Source of the DNA: Geosiphon pyriformis uo1
Taxonomy: Eukaryota > Fungi > Glomeromycota
Length of the DNA stretch: 64,000 bases
Assembly: GCA_016748015.1 (NCBI GenBank)
Contig: JAAOMT010000040.1
Span: forward strand, 744,001 to 808,000
Reading direction: 5' to 3'
A model generated the notes under the pieces. That model saw nothing but the letters and a program-made list of their open reading frames with translations, was not told the origin of the DNA and did not search any database. A program made the position numbers and the translations under genes. How positions within the stretch are numbered: the stretch's first letter is position 1; each line of letters starts with the position of its first letter. Below are positions 1 through 13,878 of this stretch, in pieces.

Positions 1-677
1 CTCTTTTAAAATGTATAAAGAGATTAAGTTTAATACATAATATTTGACCATTATCTTTTAATGGAACGTGTCTAAATCAAAATTTTTTTTTGCTATTTAT
101 TAAAACTTTTGATTTCTGTTCACTGATTTTTCAAGATAACCTGGATGTAGAGAAAAGTTCTCAAACATTTGATGTGGATCAATTTAGTGAAATTTGTATC
201 TAGTAATAAATCCTAAAATCTTGTAAAAATATGCATTTGACACGAGTTTGGATTGGTAAATTGAAAAAGATCAAAAATTTTCTTGTCGTAAAAGTTAATC
301 GATTAAAAATCAAAGATTTTAGAAAATATCGATGCTAACTTAGTTTCTTTCTGCATGCCTTGACTCAAAAATTGATTTTAACTATTTTTCAATTTAAAAT
401 TGAAAGAACAACTACTGATGCTAGAATCTTCTTCTATGATTTTTTTTTTAATAATCACAAAATTTCTTTCTCTTTTCGTTGGGCCAACTTGATTAATCTA
501 ACCCATTGCTATATATAGAAAAAGATCATAACATCTTTTATTATTCAACTCAAAAACACTTTTTAAGCATTCTATAATGATCAACTTCTATAAATTTAAT
601 GCTGTTAATTTTAGAGAAAAACTTTTCACTGATCGCGCGATTAATGAAGGATATCAAATTGACAAAGTCATTTTCAT

Positions 678-1932
678 TCATAATTTCTTATAATCTTTAA
701 ATATAACGCTTTTTGGGGAAGTAGCCTTTTCGACGTTTGCCATTGTATCATCCGGACAGAGACTCATATCATACCCAAAATAAGGACCATTATGAGGATT
801 AGAAATGTAGCCGTTTGAAATTTGTGCACCACCATTGCATTCCTTTTAAAACAAAATTTTTTAAGAATTCATATATTAACTAATTAAATGGCAAAAAAAT
901 GAATAAAATATAAATTTTTGATACCGTATTTTCAAAATTCGTTTCTGTGCTGGAACATCGATAAACCTCGAAAGTCTGATTTTGACAATCACAATTTTGC
1001 TCGCGAGTGATCCAATATTCTGTTCCAAGATGTTTGAATAATTTTTGACCATTCTCATCTGACAAAGGAAAATGTGGAACATAATCATTTGCATTGGTAA
1101 CCCGAAAAATTGGATATATTTTCTCATTTGCATGTTTTGCAAAATTTAGATCCCCAATCCTAGGCTGTCCAAATGTGTATACTTGAATGTCATTATCTGG
1201 AAATCTTCTTCTTAATGTCAAAGCTAAAAGAACGGCATGTGCTAAAAAATAATAAAAAGTATAGAAATTGGGTAAAAATTTAATTAAATGAAAACGATTG
1301 GATAGGAATAAATTTTTTTAATCATAATATTTATGTGATCATTTACCTCCACCTAAACCATGACCCACTAATCGATATTTATAATTTTTTGTCTCCTTTG
1401 TATGTCCTTCAAGCTGATTTAAAATTTTAGTTGCACCTTCAGTTGATTCTAGTAACAAATGACGAGAAATCATTCCTGACTCAAAAAAAGGGTAATGAAC
1501 AAGGGGTGGTCGTTTTTTGCTCCATTGACGCTGATTTTGTCGTTCAGCATTAGATCTAAGAGAGATTATAATTTCTCCATGATCATTGCTTGTATAAATT
1601 TTGGCTGAGTAAGTTATCAAGAATAGAGAAAAGAAGAAATTGTTTTAAAAAAATGCCAGTGAATATATTTTGAAAACAAAAAATTATTTAAAAATTTCAA
1701 AAAAGTGAAGCTTACCGAATATTTTTTTTTGAATTAAATCCTCTTCATCGACGAGACAGTAAGCTTTATTAGCATAATATGCATATTTTTTTAAGTTGTT
1801 CAAGATTTTTTCATCGATAACACGTTCTTTTGAAGCGTTAGAAGATCGTTTTTCATCCACTTTTCGTTTTTCAATCCTTGGAGATTTTATTATTGGAAAA
1901 TTTTGGGAATTATGATAATCAAGAAATTTGAA

Positions 1933-1968
<36 letters not shown>

Positions 1969-2250
1969 GGCGCTGGATTTTTTGATTTCTCGTGACAATT
2001 TAATTGAAGGGTTTTTTTGATAATTATTGTTGAATTTTATATTTTTACTAAAAGAAAAATATCTAGTAAAGAATAGATGCAATGAAAGGTTTTTTGAGAA
2101 TGACTTATCATTCGAACGTATAGATATTAAGATAAATGTTAAAAGTATCAAAGAAAAAAAGCATATTAAATTCTTTAGTCGAATATGTTTGCGTAAAAAA
2201 AGAACAAATTTGTCTGTGAACATTTTTAAAAGTTTTGATCCTTGCATCAT
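678..2250 (-). CDS. Lipase class 3-like protein 1 (4 exons, N-terminal TM anchor, poly-Asn linker; catalytic Ser replaced by Gly)
   Basis: Spliced ORFs give YAYYANKAYC, LVGHGLGG/AHA, VYTFGQPRIGD, RVTNANDYVPHFP, HLGTEYWI and a last exon ECNGG...HNGPYFG ending at TGA 678-680. GT-AG introns. In-frame ATG at 2250. Confidence 0.88.
1933..1968 (-). repeat. (AAT)n microsatellite encoding poly-Asn in lipase-like gene 1
   Basis: attattatt... run translating to about 12 Asn in ORF 1684..2271. Confidence 0.9.
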
Positions 2251-4399
2251 CCTAAGGAAATAAAATCTCAATTAGCTTGTCTCTAATACTTTTTTTTTGA
2301 AGGTCTCAGCTGACTAAATCAAAACATTTTGTGGTTTTCTGATGATTTGTATGGGCGGCAACAAATTAAGAAATATCGTTTCCATTCCCGCTTTGACACT
2401 CTCTTTGCTAAATTGGAAGACGTTTTTTCAGGCGCTTATGACCTAAAAAGGGTAAATTATGAAGATCATTATATTTAGCCTCACGGGTAAAAGATCTGTT
2501 TCTTTAGGGTCAATTAATGAACGCGATTGTCAAAAAACAAACATATCAAGAAAAAATTAATAATGGTTGCATTCTCAACAATTGACTAGGGTTGGTTACT
2601 TTGGAAATTTTTGTTTATTTTCGTATACCTAGACTGGAAGTTTTGTAAGAATTGAACTTAATGTCATTGTTTGCTTAGGTTAAAAACACCCCCAAAAAAA
2701 TCATGAAAATTGAGATACGATCTTAAAACTGGTTTTTTCCCAAAGATATTCCGAAAGGAAATATCGAGCTAATCTAAAAGTTGGTCCCTTTTTGTAAATG
2801 ACATTGTTAAAACCTCACGCATTTAAACCATAATAAGCAAAAATTGACACATTATATTTGATGTCTAGTATTTTACCTGAAAAATTTTTGCGGTCATTTT
2901 TAAGATTTTACCAGAATACATGCCCATTGTTAAAGATCGTTCGGCCTTTCGGTCAAAATTCTAGAAATAAACGGGTGCATCTTGTCAAGTAAAGTTTGGA
3001 TGGGGAATATTTTATTTAGATGATAACAAAACATATTTTTTTGGCAAATATTATTCAAATAAAATATGTCCATTTTTGAAATAGTAATAGGGGTTTAGTA
3101 AAATTTTGACGTAATACAGATCAAAATTATTAGGCCAAAATTACTTTTGCTACCTGGAAAATTTTTTTTATATTATTTTTTTAATTTTTTACTTCATTTT
3201 CAACAACTATTTCCTCGCTATTTATAACCAATGAAAAGTAAAAGATTTTAAGAATTCTGTTCATCTTAGGCCGAGTGGTTAAGCCATATAAGAGAAAGTT
3301 GAATATAGCGATGTAAATTTGAATTGCAAAAAGTTTTTGATTTTATTTACTAATTAAACGTAAAAAGATACATATGAGAGGGATAAAATCTATTATAAGT
3401 TTTGTAAATAAAAAATCAACATATTAAATAATCCTTATCTCTTTTACCCACTAAAGTTTGTAGACCAAATTGTTTTTTTGTAAATATTAATGAAAAAAAA
3501 TTCACATTTAATTTGTATAATTGAAGAATATGACTATTTTCTCGCTGTCATTAATAGAAAATCTCGGGAAAAACGCGTTCTTTCACAGACATAGTAATAT
3601 TTGATAATGATTCATCAACAGATAGGGAACGAAAAGAATGTCATGTTTTATCATTGTTTTCTGATCGACATTTGATATGGGATGGGATGGGATGACAGAC
3701 CTATTTATCTACTTGATCAATATTTTTTTGAGAAAATTAAAAATTCATTTTTGGGGCCACTCATGAAGTCAAATCAGATTGCAAAAAAAAAAACTACATT
3801 TTTTTTTGTTCAAAATTTTATGAGAATTATAAATATAAAATTTTAAAAGAGTTTTCAAATAATGGAAAATTTGTATTTATATTATTGAAATAAATTCAAA
3901 ATAATAATTTTTTTGAGAGGGATCTTCAAAATGATCAAATTTTGTTGCGTAAATAGAAAAATGGTCGAAATTTAGTAAAAGAATTGGAATCTTTTGAAAA
4001 ACGGGTTTATAGAATATCAAAAAAAATTCTAATTGGATGAAGTAACAAAATTTTCCCATAGAATCGCTTCAGATTTAATTTAAATTAGATTTGTTGCTTG
4101 AGAAAGTTGATTCAACAACACAAATAAGTTTTGATTATCGTTAGATATTCAAGAAATCATTGATCATGAAATTAATCACTTAATAAACATAAATAAACTT
4201 GATTTATAATATTTTTATTCGAGAAAAAAGTGATACATTTAATATGAATTGGATTTCGTTTTACCATCTGTTTATAGCTTGAAATAATTTTGAACTAAAT
4301 GTTTTCAATTTTTCAGGGTCAAAATACGTCTAACGCTTATTGTCTAATTTTAAAATATTTTCTGTGTTACCTTCATATCCTTCTTTTAATAAATTTCAT

Positions 4400-6477
4400 A
4401 AATTTTCAAATTGATTAAAGATTGAATTATTTAATAAAACTTAAAACCCCAAAAATTACAACAATTTCTAATAGATTTTGGTAGTTTTGGTGTTATTGCA
4501 ATTATAATGATTTGAATTTTTGTAAAAGATATCTTTAGATTCTACAACATCCTAAATAAATCATATCTTTATGCAAGACTTATTATTATAAAAGGTTTAA
4601 GAATTTAATTATTATTTCAAATGATTATTTTCATTTAGAATACTGTTTAAAATATCATACTTTGACTTTTGGAATTTTGTAAAGTTTAAAATTATTTTAA
4701 ATAATCAAATGATAAAAAATTAAATAGTTGCTTATTTATTTACAAAGAATATTTTGAAGAAAAATATCAAAGAGTTTTAAAAAATTTTAACAGAAAATTT
4801 TATAAAAAATTCTTAAATACAATAACTTATGACTCACAATTTAAAAAATTGTTATATATTTCGTTAATTAATTTATGTTTTTTAAAATAAGTAATTTTTT
4901 TTATATTTTATAACACATATTTAATTTGTGTTTATCTGTTTTAACATAATTGTTTTAAAAATTTTTATCAAGTTTCTAGAAAATAATAAATTATTCTATA
5001 ATTTTTATTATTTTAGTTATTTTTCAAAAATAATGTATGTTTAATAAAGATACTATTTTATAATTTTTATAATTTTGCTTTTATCTTATATTTTTCATGT
5101 GTGTTTAATAATATAATGTATTTAAGTAAATTATATTATCTTTATATTTAATGAAAATAAAAGAAAATCCAAAAATATATATTTTTATTTATTAATAATT
5201 TTAAGTATAGACTTAAATTTTTTTAAGATATAAATTTCTTTAAAATTAAAAAACAATAATAATAATAATAAAAATTAGTTCAAATAAATAAATTAATCAA
5301 CTGACCCAATAAAGATTTAAGTCTTATATAATTTTAAACTGAAAAGGAAAAAAATATTTTATAACTTTTTGTATTTTATCATATTATCAAAGTTTCTACC
5401 TTTAGATGTAATATTTTTTTTAGTAAATTAATTCATAAATGCATTTTTCAGCAGACTTTTTTTGTAAATTTTGAATTTTGCTTTTTTATTTATTGGAAGC
5501 TTCAATTTACCTGTCTTTAAGAATTGTATATTATTCTTACCAAACTCGGTTACCTTAATCTCATATTTAAAAGTTTGAGCAATGTGGTAAATGTTTAATG
5601 TTTGTTGTTTGTGCTTAATTGTCAAACAAACACATTCATAATACGAATTGTTGGGTTTTGTGGAAATATTTGAAACTATTTTAGTTCATGGAATATATTT
5701 AGCGTGATTCACGTTATACAACTCTAAAAAATAAAAATATGCGACCTTAACCTAATGGGTTAGAATGAATGCTAAATTTCCTAATGAAAAAACCTTTCAG
5801 ACCGAGTTACATAATTTTCTCATCTAACTTAAAATATTTAAAACAGTCGATGTTTTATAACAGTTTAAATTTACAAAAGACCCAATTTCTCATTATTCCA
5901 TTATGTAGATAGAATGTTTATTGTCCATCCAAGAATCACAAATTTTCAAAAATATATTTTTTTTTATTTGGTTTAAATTTATTCATTGTATTCTTTAAAA
6001 AATAATCTAATTTGATTATTTATTCAGTTTATTAATTTTTCAATAAGCGTTAATACAGGTTTAAATATATTTTCAAGATATATTTTTTTTAATGTTTAAT
6101 TATTTATATTTTATGTTTTTATTACAATAAATACATTTTTGTGTTATCAATTTTTCAAACAATTTGTTTAATGTTGATGCTTTTTTTTTAAAATTTTTCT
6201 AATTTTTAAATATAATAAAAATCAAAGATATTATCTTTCTGAAATTTTGAAATTGTAACCATTGTTTGTAAGCTTTTCGATATTATCAATTTCTTTTTTT
6301 TTTCAAAAATCAATAATTTCAATTATATTTTTTAATCATATATATATATATATGTAAAAATTTATATTTATTTAATAATACATATTTTATTAATTAATAA
6401 ATATTTTTATTCTTTTTTAAAAAAAATGTTATTTTAAATATTTTTTTGAATTAATCAATTTTTTTAAGCATTGTATT

Positions 6478-6512
<35 letters not shown>

Positions 6513-6975
6513 TATATTTATATTTTTCAAACATTAATTTAATTTAATTTTTATTAATTATTGAAATTTAGAAATAAATTTATCATGTTCAATAAATGTG
6601 TTAATTTTTATATTTTTAAAATAATTTTTTTTTGATTTTAAAAAATTTTTGGTTATAATAAGTAGTTTAAAAAATAAAATTTTTATAATACAATTATCAT
6701 GTTGCCAATAATTTTATTCACTTTTACAATAAATATTAAATGTAAAAAAAATATTAATCAAAAATTTTATATTTGAAGGTTACTTTAAAATTAAAATTTT
6801 CAATTAACACAAATAATAATTGGGTTACCCATATTTAATAATATGTTAAAAAGGTTAATAAAAATTACAATAATAAGATGTTAAAATAAAATAATAGTAG
6901 TGAAATATATTTTTATAAGATTATTAAACAAAAATTATCATTTTGTCAATAATAATAATAATAATAATAATAATG
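4400..6975. other. Extremely AT-rich tract, probably decayed repeat DNA, with (AT)n at ~6340 and ~6482-6508 and (AAT)n at ~6950-6973
   Basis: Composition resembles the hypermutated TEs elsewhere in the window. No motif could be read. Confidence 0.35.
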
Positions 6976-8510
6976 TTTATTGTAATCCCGATATTCCTGT
7001 CTCTGCCGGTTACACATGATTCATAAATAGGTTGTTATTATCTGCTCCCAAAAACCAAGCTTCAAAAGTATACGGGAATATCTTAAATTGTAATACTTTA
7101 TGTGATCTGTAAAGTTTCGTGCGAGCCCGTGAAATTTAATTTTTTGACAGGCGGCACAAGAAGATCCCGGGGCTAATCATCTTTGCAAATCTGAGATGGT
7201 TCAGTTGATTTGTTGGTGGTACACTTGGTCAAAATCATTTACCCCTGATTCCTGCATGTGATAATAAAAATAAAAATGGCAAGGTATATGTGGGCTTGCC
7301 CTACACTCGGTAAGGGTGTTTTTTGACAGCTTCATATGCTTTCCACATTTGATCCTTTTGACCATTTTTATAAAGTTTATCGGATACGTGTTGCCTTTGG
7401 TTCAATGCATCACTATATAAATAATTATACTCCATTTTTCATTTTGAGTAAACTTGTGCTCAGGCCTAATTACCACTTGTAAATCATCCCTTTTGCCAAA
7501 AAACGCCTATTCTGCATTTTCATAAAATTATTTCGTCCATAAACCTTCCTTTTCTTTTTATGATGATCTTCTTTAAATGTTTCCGATGCCTGCTAGGGTG
7601 TAAACATCTGATTCTAGCCAACTCGTACCTATTGAATTCCCATATCAAAACACGTTAAATTGAGAATCATCTTCCCTATTGTAATCAATAACGTCTGTGC
7701 TGCTGCTGCTTCCTTAGGCTACCTTCGTATCAAAAATTTATAATTTCCCAAAAATTGTCTGATTCTTGAATGGTCACAATCTACTAGTTTTTATACAGGT
7801 TGCTTGTAAAGTTTATTATTTTTTTCGATGGTTTTACATTAATTGCTTATATTCAAAAAGGAGGTTTCATATTTCGCGAAATATGTGACAACATAATAAT
7901 AATAATAATAATAATAGAGTAACATTAGTATATACTAAGAAACAATTTAAAGAAAAATTTGGGAGATTCAAAAGTGCATTTTTTAAGGAAATATTTTATA
8001 TTAGTTCTGAGAAAAAGAATTAGAGTTGGGCTAATTTTAATGTTCGGGACTATTTTTAGGTAAGATGGTCGCAGATCAGACCGATTTTAACGTTAATGCT
8101 TTTCACGAAAAAAAAACGAACCAAACAGGTCAAAACACCTAACATTTTTGTAATCTTTTTAGAAGAATAATATCTCGCATTGAAATTTTATTTTTTAGAA
8201 AAGAATAAACGAGAAAAAAAACGAAAAATTTAAAATCAAAAACGCGTATTTACAAAAATATCTAGCGAAAAAAAATCTACAAGAAAAAAAATCAAGGGTC
8301 TTAAAAGAGAAAAAACATTTGTAGCAAATTAAATTTTAAATCAAAAATTAAAAGTTCTGAGGATTTTCGTCTTTTTTTAATTTGGAAAGGGATGAAATTA
8401 TATTATATCAAACTGAATGCATATGAATCATCATCATTACAAACTAAACGAAATAAAATAAAATATTTTGGCCAAAGGGATGAACAGAGAAAATAAAGCA
8501 ATCTTTTCAT

Positions 8511-9470
8511 TCACCACAACCCAGGATTAATGCGAGATACATCTTCTTGTCGATATGAACAATCAAATGGAGAAATTGGAGGTGGTAATGTACGATCGCA
8601 TGAGTCAAGCACGTCACGTAGGCTTTGATGGGAGTGTAATGCTTTTTTGGATAGTGAATTTACCCATGAATGAGATTCAGAGTGAAGGCGAGGAGCGTAT
8701 GGTTTCTTACATTCAATAGGTTCAAGACGTTCGCGAATTTGTTGATCTTGGGGTTTGGGGATTATTTCATCATGATTGATTTTTTGAGCAGGGCTCGCAG
8801 AATCAGGAATAGTGGCTAACATTGGTATCTGTTCATCTGACGAATATCCGCGCAAGGTCGGTGAACCATGCTCAGATTCATCAGAATTGACTCCACTATT
8901 ACCAGGATGAGAAGATTCTGAGGCTGGACTTTTCGGAGCTATTTCTGGATTATTGTTGTTAATGTTTCCAGCAGCATCTCTTCTTAGTTTCTTTAATGTG
9001 CATGCGGCAATGTGTCTGGCTAAAAAACCAGAGCGCGTAAAAGATTTCGTGCAACCACTGACAGGACAGTGTTGTGATATATTTGGTGATTCTTGTAAGA
9101 TATATGTTATTGCGTGATATGCTGGTTGATTTTTAATGTAGATTGTGGTATTGCGAAACATCACCATAGGATTTTTACCCCTGCGTTGAGGATCTTTTCT
9201 TTTGAATTGTTTTTCGTGAATCTTTTTGTGACGCGTCAATTCATCAGAGCGCGAGAAGCATTTTTCGCATGCTGGACATTTATGAGGTTTTTCACCTGTA
9301 TGTATTTTCAAATGACGTGTTAGATGCTCTAGTCGAACAAAATTTTTTTGGCACATTCGACATTTGTAAGGTCTTTTGCCTTCGTCATTAAGTGAATCAA
9401 CATAAAGATCGGAAAACAAGGTTGGTTGAGGCTCCGATTCTTGAGGAATCTTGTGAAGAGTTTTTGCCAT
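8511..9470 (-). CDS. C2H2 zinc-finger transcription factor, CreA/Mig1-like (carbon catabolite repressor family)
   Basis: Intronless 319-aa ORF with RPYKC..C...[32 protein letters not shown]. These [12 protein letters not shown] recognition helices are typical of CreA/Mig1. C-terminal TLPPPI resembles the Mig1/CreA LPPI motif. Confidence 0.85.
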   Translation of the reverse strand: MAKTLHKIPQESEPQPTLFSDLYVDSLNDEGKRPYKCRMCQKNFVRLEHLTRHLKIHTGEKPHKCPACEKCFSRSDELTRHKKIHEKQFKRKDPQRRGKNPMVMFRNTTIYIKNQPAYHAITYILQESPNISQHCPVSGCTKSFTRSGFLARHIAACTLKKLRRDAAGNINNNNPEIAPKSPASESSHPGNSGVNSDESEHGSPTLRGYSSDEQIPMLATIPDSASPAQKINHDEIIPKPQDQQIRERLEPIECKKPYAPRLHSESHSWVNSLSKKALHSHQSLRDVLDSCDRTLPPPISPFDCSYRQEDVSRINPGLW

Positions 9471-12400
9471 GAATTTTTATTTTAAGGTATTAGCTCGTTG
9501 CTTTAGAAATGTTGTGCTTTTCAGTTTTTACTTTCAACTTTGATAAAGTTAAGAGAAGAGAGAGAAATAAAAGGATTGAGCTATACGTCGCAGTCGTAGG
9601 AACTTTGTATTTTTAGTCGTGTCCCGTTTTCCCAAGGAAAGTGAATTGATGAGGTGTTTTGAAAGGGAAAGGGAAGATTAAGAAACGTAAAATTATGTAT
9701 TGGCTTTAGAGCGCGGATAGAAAGTTATTGGAAATCTTATATTTATACTAGAGCCTCGTGAATTATGATTTCAGCGGTATTGTCCTAAATTTGGCACAAG
9801 ATTTTCTGACGATGTGGCAGGTGAGACACATTATCTTGCCTCTGTTTCGCCATCGCATTTAGAGGAAATAAACGGGAACTGTGGGAATAGAAAACTAAAT
9901 TTTCGAAATATCAATTATTATCATGCGTGGTAGTAAAGGGGTAAAAAAGTAAACTCAATTTTTTTTCATTCTTCAATTATCCTGATTATGCTAATCAACT
10001 TATTAATAAAAATCATCAGCCTCTTATGAAACTTGTGTGCATTGACTTACATTAAAAAATAGTAAGTCAGGCGTCGAATGATCAAACGAGACTGTTCCCA
10101 ATGCTCACAAGAAAAGGATAAAATTGGTAAGGAAATATGTAAATCTTGGGTGGGGAGAATATGTGCAACGGAAAAAACTGACCTGGTCCTGTCAAAAAAT
10201 TTGCCTTTTCATTTTTGTCTCTTACGCTGCAGTAACACGCAGCCAAATTGCATGTTTTCCATGTGATGATTCATGCGGTGTCAGCAAAATACGAGGCAAC
10301 ACGAAACTCAATTGCTCTCTTTGACATTTTTTTTATTGTCCTTAAACTAATATTTTTCTTATTTTCAACCTTGTATTGTCATTCAACTGCCCAAGCGCAT
10401 TCTCACCATTGTTGTTGGTATTCTTGTCTTTAATTCGAAAGCTTCTATCCGTTGTACGAATAAACAGCGATTTAACCAGCTTTTTAGCACATGTAAAATA
10501 AATAATGACATGTAGATAAAACGCGTCAGTATATGTCGAATTGTTCAATTCATACTAGAACCGGTTTCTTTTCTATACCTGTGTATCATTAAAACGCCGA
10601 TGCGAAGGAATACTGAAAACAATGGTCATGGGAGATAGTTGATCTGAGCGATATAGCGATAACAAATACATGGTCAACAAATTTATTTTATATTATATAT
10701 ATATATATTGTATTAGGTAGGTATAGATTGTTCGTTTTAAAAAAAAAATCATTTAAAATTTCAACTCTAATCTTTCATCATTAAACATATTATCCCGCTT
10801 AACCAGCCTCTTTCTTGTTTTTTACAGATATTTCTGCCACGTTTTCTTCTTATCGTGATACCGTCTTTTTTCACCATTATTAACTCATAAAACCTGCCTT
10901 TTTTAATCATCGAAATCAATCAAAGGTGATACAGGAAAAAAAACGACAGACTTCCATCCAACAACAAATAATTATCTAGAAGAAAGAAAAACCAAGAAGG
11001 GACAGAAAAGACTCGAAGGTTTGCCTTTTAAATATCTAAGGGAGAAAATCGGCAAATGCGGAAAGGCACCTGGTTTCCAATTAAATATTGTATCATCTTG
11101 CCTGCATCAATTTTATGCAATTTCACCTGAATTTTATAAAAACGACTATGTACATTGGGTTCTACCTTATTATTGATCACATGCTGATTCAGTGCTAACG
11201 CCGGTAAAAATCCTTTCAACAGCTGATATCAGGTGATTTTATGAAACCATGCGCAAAATGCGAGCAAATTTGATCGCGAGAATTATTCCGTCCACGCTAC
11301 CTGCCACGCTTCCAAAAGAATTACCAATTTAATATTTCAATTTTAGCGAATTATTTAACTGCAACTTAACGATATTAGGTTTATAATTTGAACATGACAT
11401 TTTAAATTTTCAAAGCATCCATTGTCAGAATTAATAATACAGAATCAAGTTTTCTGTATTGATGATCCAACAACATATTTTAGGTTAGAAATAATTGGTA
11501 AATTTACGAGCTTTTCCAATCTCAAAAGAAATGAAATCTTTTTTTTTATACGTGAATTTTGGAATTGCATAAAAATTTATTATAAAATTTCTAATAAATT
11601 TGTATCAAACTTTTTAATTATGTAATTTACTTTGATTGTATTTCACTTGATACTTATATTTTGACAAATTATTATTACTTTTTATCAATGTGTGATGTTT
11701 AGGGCAAAATGGTATTTGATTTAATTAATTCTAAATTTGCGCTTTATTAAAAATTAAAAGTTGATAAGATAAATAAATTTTTTAGAACTTGCTTAAATGG
11801 CTTAATTTAATTCAAAAAGAACAAATAATGTTTTTAAAACAAAGTTTGAACTAAATAAAACAAGCTCACTTATTTGGTAGAAAATTGTATTAAAAAAACT
11901 ATTGTGAGTTAAATATTTCAAAAAAACTCATGTGTATTTTTGAACTTATTTACTTTATATTCTTGTAAACTTATAAATCAATAAAATAAATCACAGATTT
12001 AATTTATAAAAAAGCCATAATCAAAGATAAAATGAAAAAAAAAGAGTTTAATAATTGAAAACCACAAATTTTATTTAAACTTATATTAAAATAATTAAAA
12101 AATGTGTAAAACAAAAACTTTTATTTATGGGATTAATTTCAATAAAAAATTATTATAAATATTTTAATATTAATATGAGTATTGAAAGATATCTGTATTA
12201 TAAGTTTAATTTACTAAAAATTTTATTTTTACATGAAACAATCTGGCTGTGTTTACAATCAAATATATTATTCTTATTTATGCTTCAATAGTTATAATGA
12301 CTCTTAAAAAAAATCACAAACTATAGCATTTATTTTAATTATATGATTATACAAGTCCTAACAAAAACAGTTACTTTCAAATTGATTGCTTTTTAAGTTA

Positions 12401-12506
12401 ATATTATGTAAACTAAATGTAAAACTTTTTCAAAGAACATAAATATTCAATGGAGGGAAATTAATTTTTCTTATAATGAACTTCAAATTATAAATTTAAA
12501 AGTATC

Positions 12507-13878
12507 TTATCCCAAAATTCTTGAAAATTTGTTATATTCTGGACAAATTCCCATTTCTTGACCAAAATATGGTCCGAAATGTGAAAGATTGCTTGAAAAT
12601 TGACCCTTCTTTTGAGTTTGTGCATTGCAATGCTTTTCGTAAATTTTGTTTATAAAAAAATTTCAATAGAATCCAAATAAAAGCAAAAAATAACTTAATC
12701 AAGTGGCATTATTATAAAAATAAGGTATGTTTTTGAAAATATTTTACCTCATTTTCCACAAACACATACTGAAATCTACCACGACTTGAAACACGATCTC
12801 CACTGCACTCAAAGATTTCAGTCTGTCTAAAACCTAGTTTATGAAAACAATCACAGTTTACGGAAGGTCGAATCCAAAATTCCTTTTCATAATGCCACCA
12901 TCCTTTATTCGAAGGAGGAAATTGAGGTAGAAAATCATTGTCATATGTGAATCGAAAAACTTTATGCATCAGAATTTCGTTGACATGTTCAGAAAATTGG
13001 CGGTTTCCTATTCGGGGCTGACCAAATGTGTATACTGTAACATCTTTAGATTGGTGAAATTTTTTGATTAAAAGTGCCGCCAGTATTGCGTAACCTGTAT
13101 TTATATAAAAATTGGTAAATACCTATAAGTAATTTATGAAAACCTTTTTTGAAGAATAATATCCTGTTGCTCATATTAATAATTGACTTGCCTCCTCCTA
13201 GACCATGCCCAGCTAAATGGAATTTGTTAAATTTATTCAGAAAATAAGCAATCTTTTCCAATAAATTAACTTCAATTTTTTGAAATGTTTCAAAAATCTC
13301 AAGGTGAATTTTTGACTTCTTGAGAGGATCATAATAAAGCAATGAATTTTCTTGGCTTTTCCATCTCTCAAAGCTGAGTTTTGTTCCTCTAAAATATAAA
13401 ATTACTGCGTATTCATTGTTAATCTCCAATCCTTTTGAAATATTAAAAGTAGATTTAAAGAATACTATTAGACTTAAATTCATTTTTTGAAAAGGTTTGT
13501 AAATTTGTTAAGTTTAATTCCTTTTTACCGTAGATCCCATCCGAATCATTTTCTTCAAGGCAGTAAGCTTTGTTAGCGTAATATGCAAAACTTTGAAAGC
13601 TAAAAAGTAGTCTCTCGTCAGTCACCAATTTTTTCAACAAATAACCATCTTCATTTATATTTCTTTTAATTTTTCTCTTGGTTTCCCTGTTCGCTAATAT
13701 TTCCATTTTGACTTCTATGAATGAATTTTTTATTATTCGAATGATTATTGTTGTTGTTGGTAAAATATTTATCACAATGAAAGAAAAGATTGTCAGAAGA
13801 GTTATTAAAAAATTTTTGCTCTTTTGTACTTGATCATTGCTCAGGTCAAAAATGTGGAATATTTTAGTTTTTTTTCAT
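12507..13878 (-). CDS. Lipase class 3-like protein 2 (4 exons; Ser>Gly; ATG out of frame by 1 nt in an A8 run)
   Basis: FAYYANKAYC, ILYFRGT, LAGHGLGG/GYA, YTFGQPRIGN, DNDFLPQFPP, WWHYEKEFWI and a last exon HCNA...HFGPYFG ending at TAA 12507-12509. Confidence 0.82.

Noticed and set aside
2935-2960. tcggcctttcggtcaa resembles the 5' end of U2 snRNA (similar string near 53968)
   Set aside because: The branch-pairing GTGTAGTA and Sm site are absent.
3267-3285. taggccgagtggttaagcc resembles the D-arm/A-box of tRNA-Ser/Leu
   Set aside because: No anticodon arm, T-arm (GTTCRA) or acceptor stem follows.
7868-7885. Perfect 18-bp palindrome catatttcgcgaaatatg
   Set aside because: Single occurrence with no supporting context.
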